NCBI GenBank assembly: GCA_963579735.1
Contig: CAUZIB010000011.1
Span: 700-64,699, forward strand
DNA: 64,000 bases
Reading direction: 5' to 3'
Source: Vicinamibacteria bacterium
Lineage (GTDB): Bacteria > Acidobacteriota > Vicinamibacteria > Vicinamibacterales > UBA8438
The notes under the pieces were generated by a model, which was not told where the DNA came from, ran no database searches, and saw only the letters and a list, made by a program, of their open reading frames with translations. Below, one piece after another: positions 63,541 to 64,000 of the stretch. A program made the position numbers and the translations under genes. Position 1 is the first letter of the stretch, and each line of letters opens with the position of its first letter.

Positions 63541-64000
63541 TCAGGGTTGGGGGCCGAGCGTGCGGAGGTAGTTCACCAGATTCCAGATCTCGGGTTCACT
63601 GAGCCGACCGCGGTACGCGTCCATGGAGTAGGTCGGGGCGATCCCGTCACGAATGGTCGCAAAGATCTCGCCGTCGCTCGCGCCGTGCTGCCAACTGCCG
63701 TCGCGGAGATTGGACGGCCGCGAACCATAGGCGCCGGTCGCCGCGGCAAGCCGCCCGTCACCGCTACCGGTCGGGCCGTGACAGGTGGAGCACAGTGTGG
63801 CGTATGTTACGCCACTCGCCGCGAGCGACTCGCGGGTGGCCGCGACCGGGTTGCGCAGCGACTGCGCGACTGGATGGCGGTGGGGCGAGGCGGGATGCAT
63901 GGTCTCGTTGCGGCGCCCGAGATCGAGGAGCTCGGCTGTACTCTCGCGCACGAAGCTGTCTCCGGCGATGCCGTCCGCAAAGACGGCCAACTCCCGCGCG
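63541..64000 (-). CDS. c-type cytochrome domain protein (5' end probably beyond the window edge)
   Basis: CSTCHG haem motif, a Met ligand candidate (APTYSMDAY) and class-I-like C-terminus (EIWNLVNYLRTLG). No signal peptide is visible within the window, so the ORF probably continues past 64000. Confidence 0.7.
   Translation of the reverse strand, partial: ARELAVFADGIAGDSFVRESTAELLDLGRRNETMHPASPHRHPVAQSLRNPVAATRESLAASGVTYATLCSTCHGPTGSGDGRLAAATGAYGSRPSNLRDGSWQHGASDGEIFATIRDGIAPTYSMDAYRGRLSEPEIWNLVNYLRTLGPQP

Noticed and set aside
1-64000. Defence island, prophage or integrative element
   Set aside because: I recognised no integrase, recombinase, nuclease, helicase/ATPase, restriction-modification, Cas, capsid or terminase genes, and no flanking tRNA. 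The accessory character comes from paralogous periplasmic enzymes, not from mobile-element hallmarks.

Overview
GC-rich bacterial chromosomal segment. I recognised no rRNA, tRNA, CRISPR array, prophage or intact IS. It reads as a periplasm-oriented redox and catabolic neighbourhood. It holds five PQQ-type beta-propeller proteins, one of them a XoxF/ExaF-like alcohol dehydrogenase with the Asp-x-Asp lanthanide signature. It also holds several c-type cytochromes and an octahaem protein of the hydroxylamine-oxidoreductase (HAO) family. Many C-N and ester hydrolases carry signal peptides: amidase, hydantoinase-like, formamidase/acetamidase, dienelactone hydrolase and an esterase. A homologue of the N,N-dimethylformamidase large subunit is also present. 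Housekeeping-type genes include dinB, fxsA, a TonB-family protein and an MFS transporter. Four things are not explained by ordinary annotation. (i) A three-gene module occurs twice with permuted gene order: a DUF1592-type protein with two CxxCH motifs, a DUF1552 protein with a Tat leader, and a secreted ankyrin-repeat protein. (ii) Five paralogues of an uncharacterised secreted protein family are present (motifs WG.PDLQG.W, GDSRGHWEG.TLV.ET, EY.CHEGN). Each sits beside another secreted enzyme, and one pair is followed by a DUF6152-like gene. (iii) The density of broken genes is very high: frameshifts, four in-frame TAG codons, a deletion-type chimera and gene remnants. (iv) A 166-bp intergenic long hairpin has mismatches that are G-U compatible only on the plus strand. 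All functional calls rest on motif recognition by eye. No database search was run. The disruptions could be assembly errors rather than biology.
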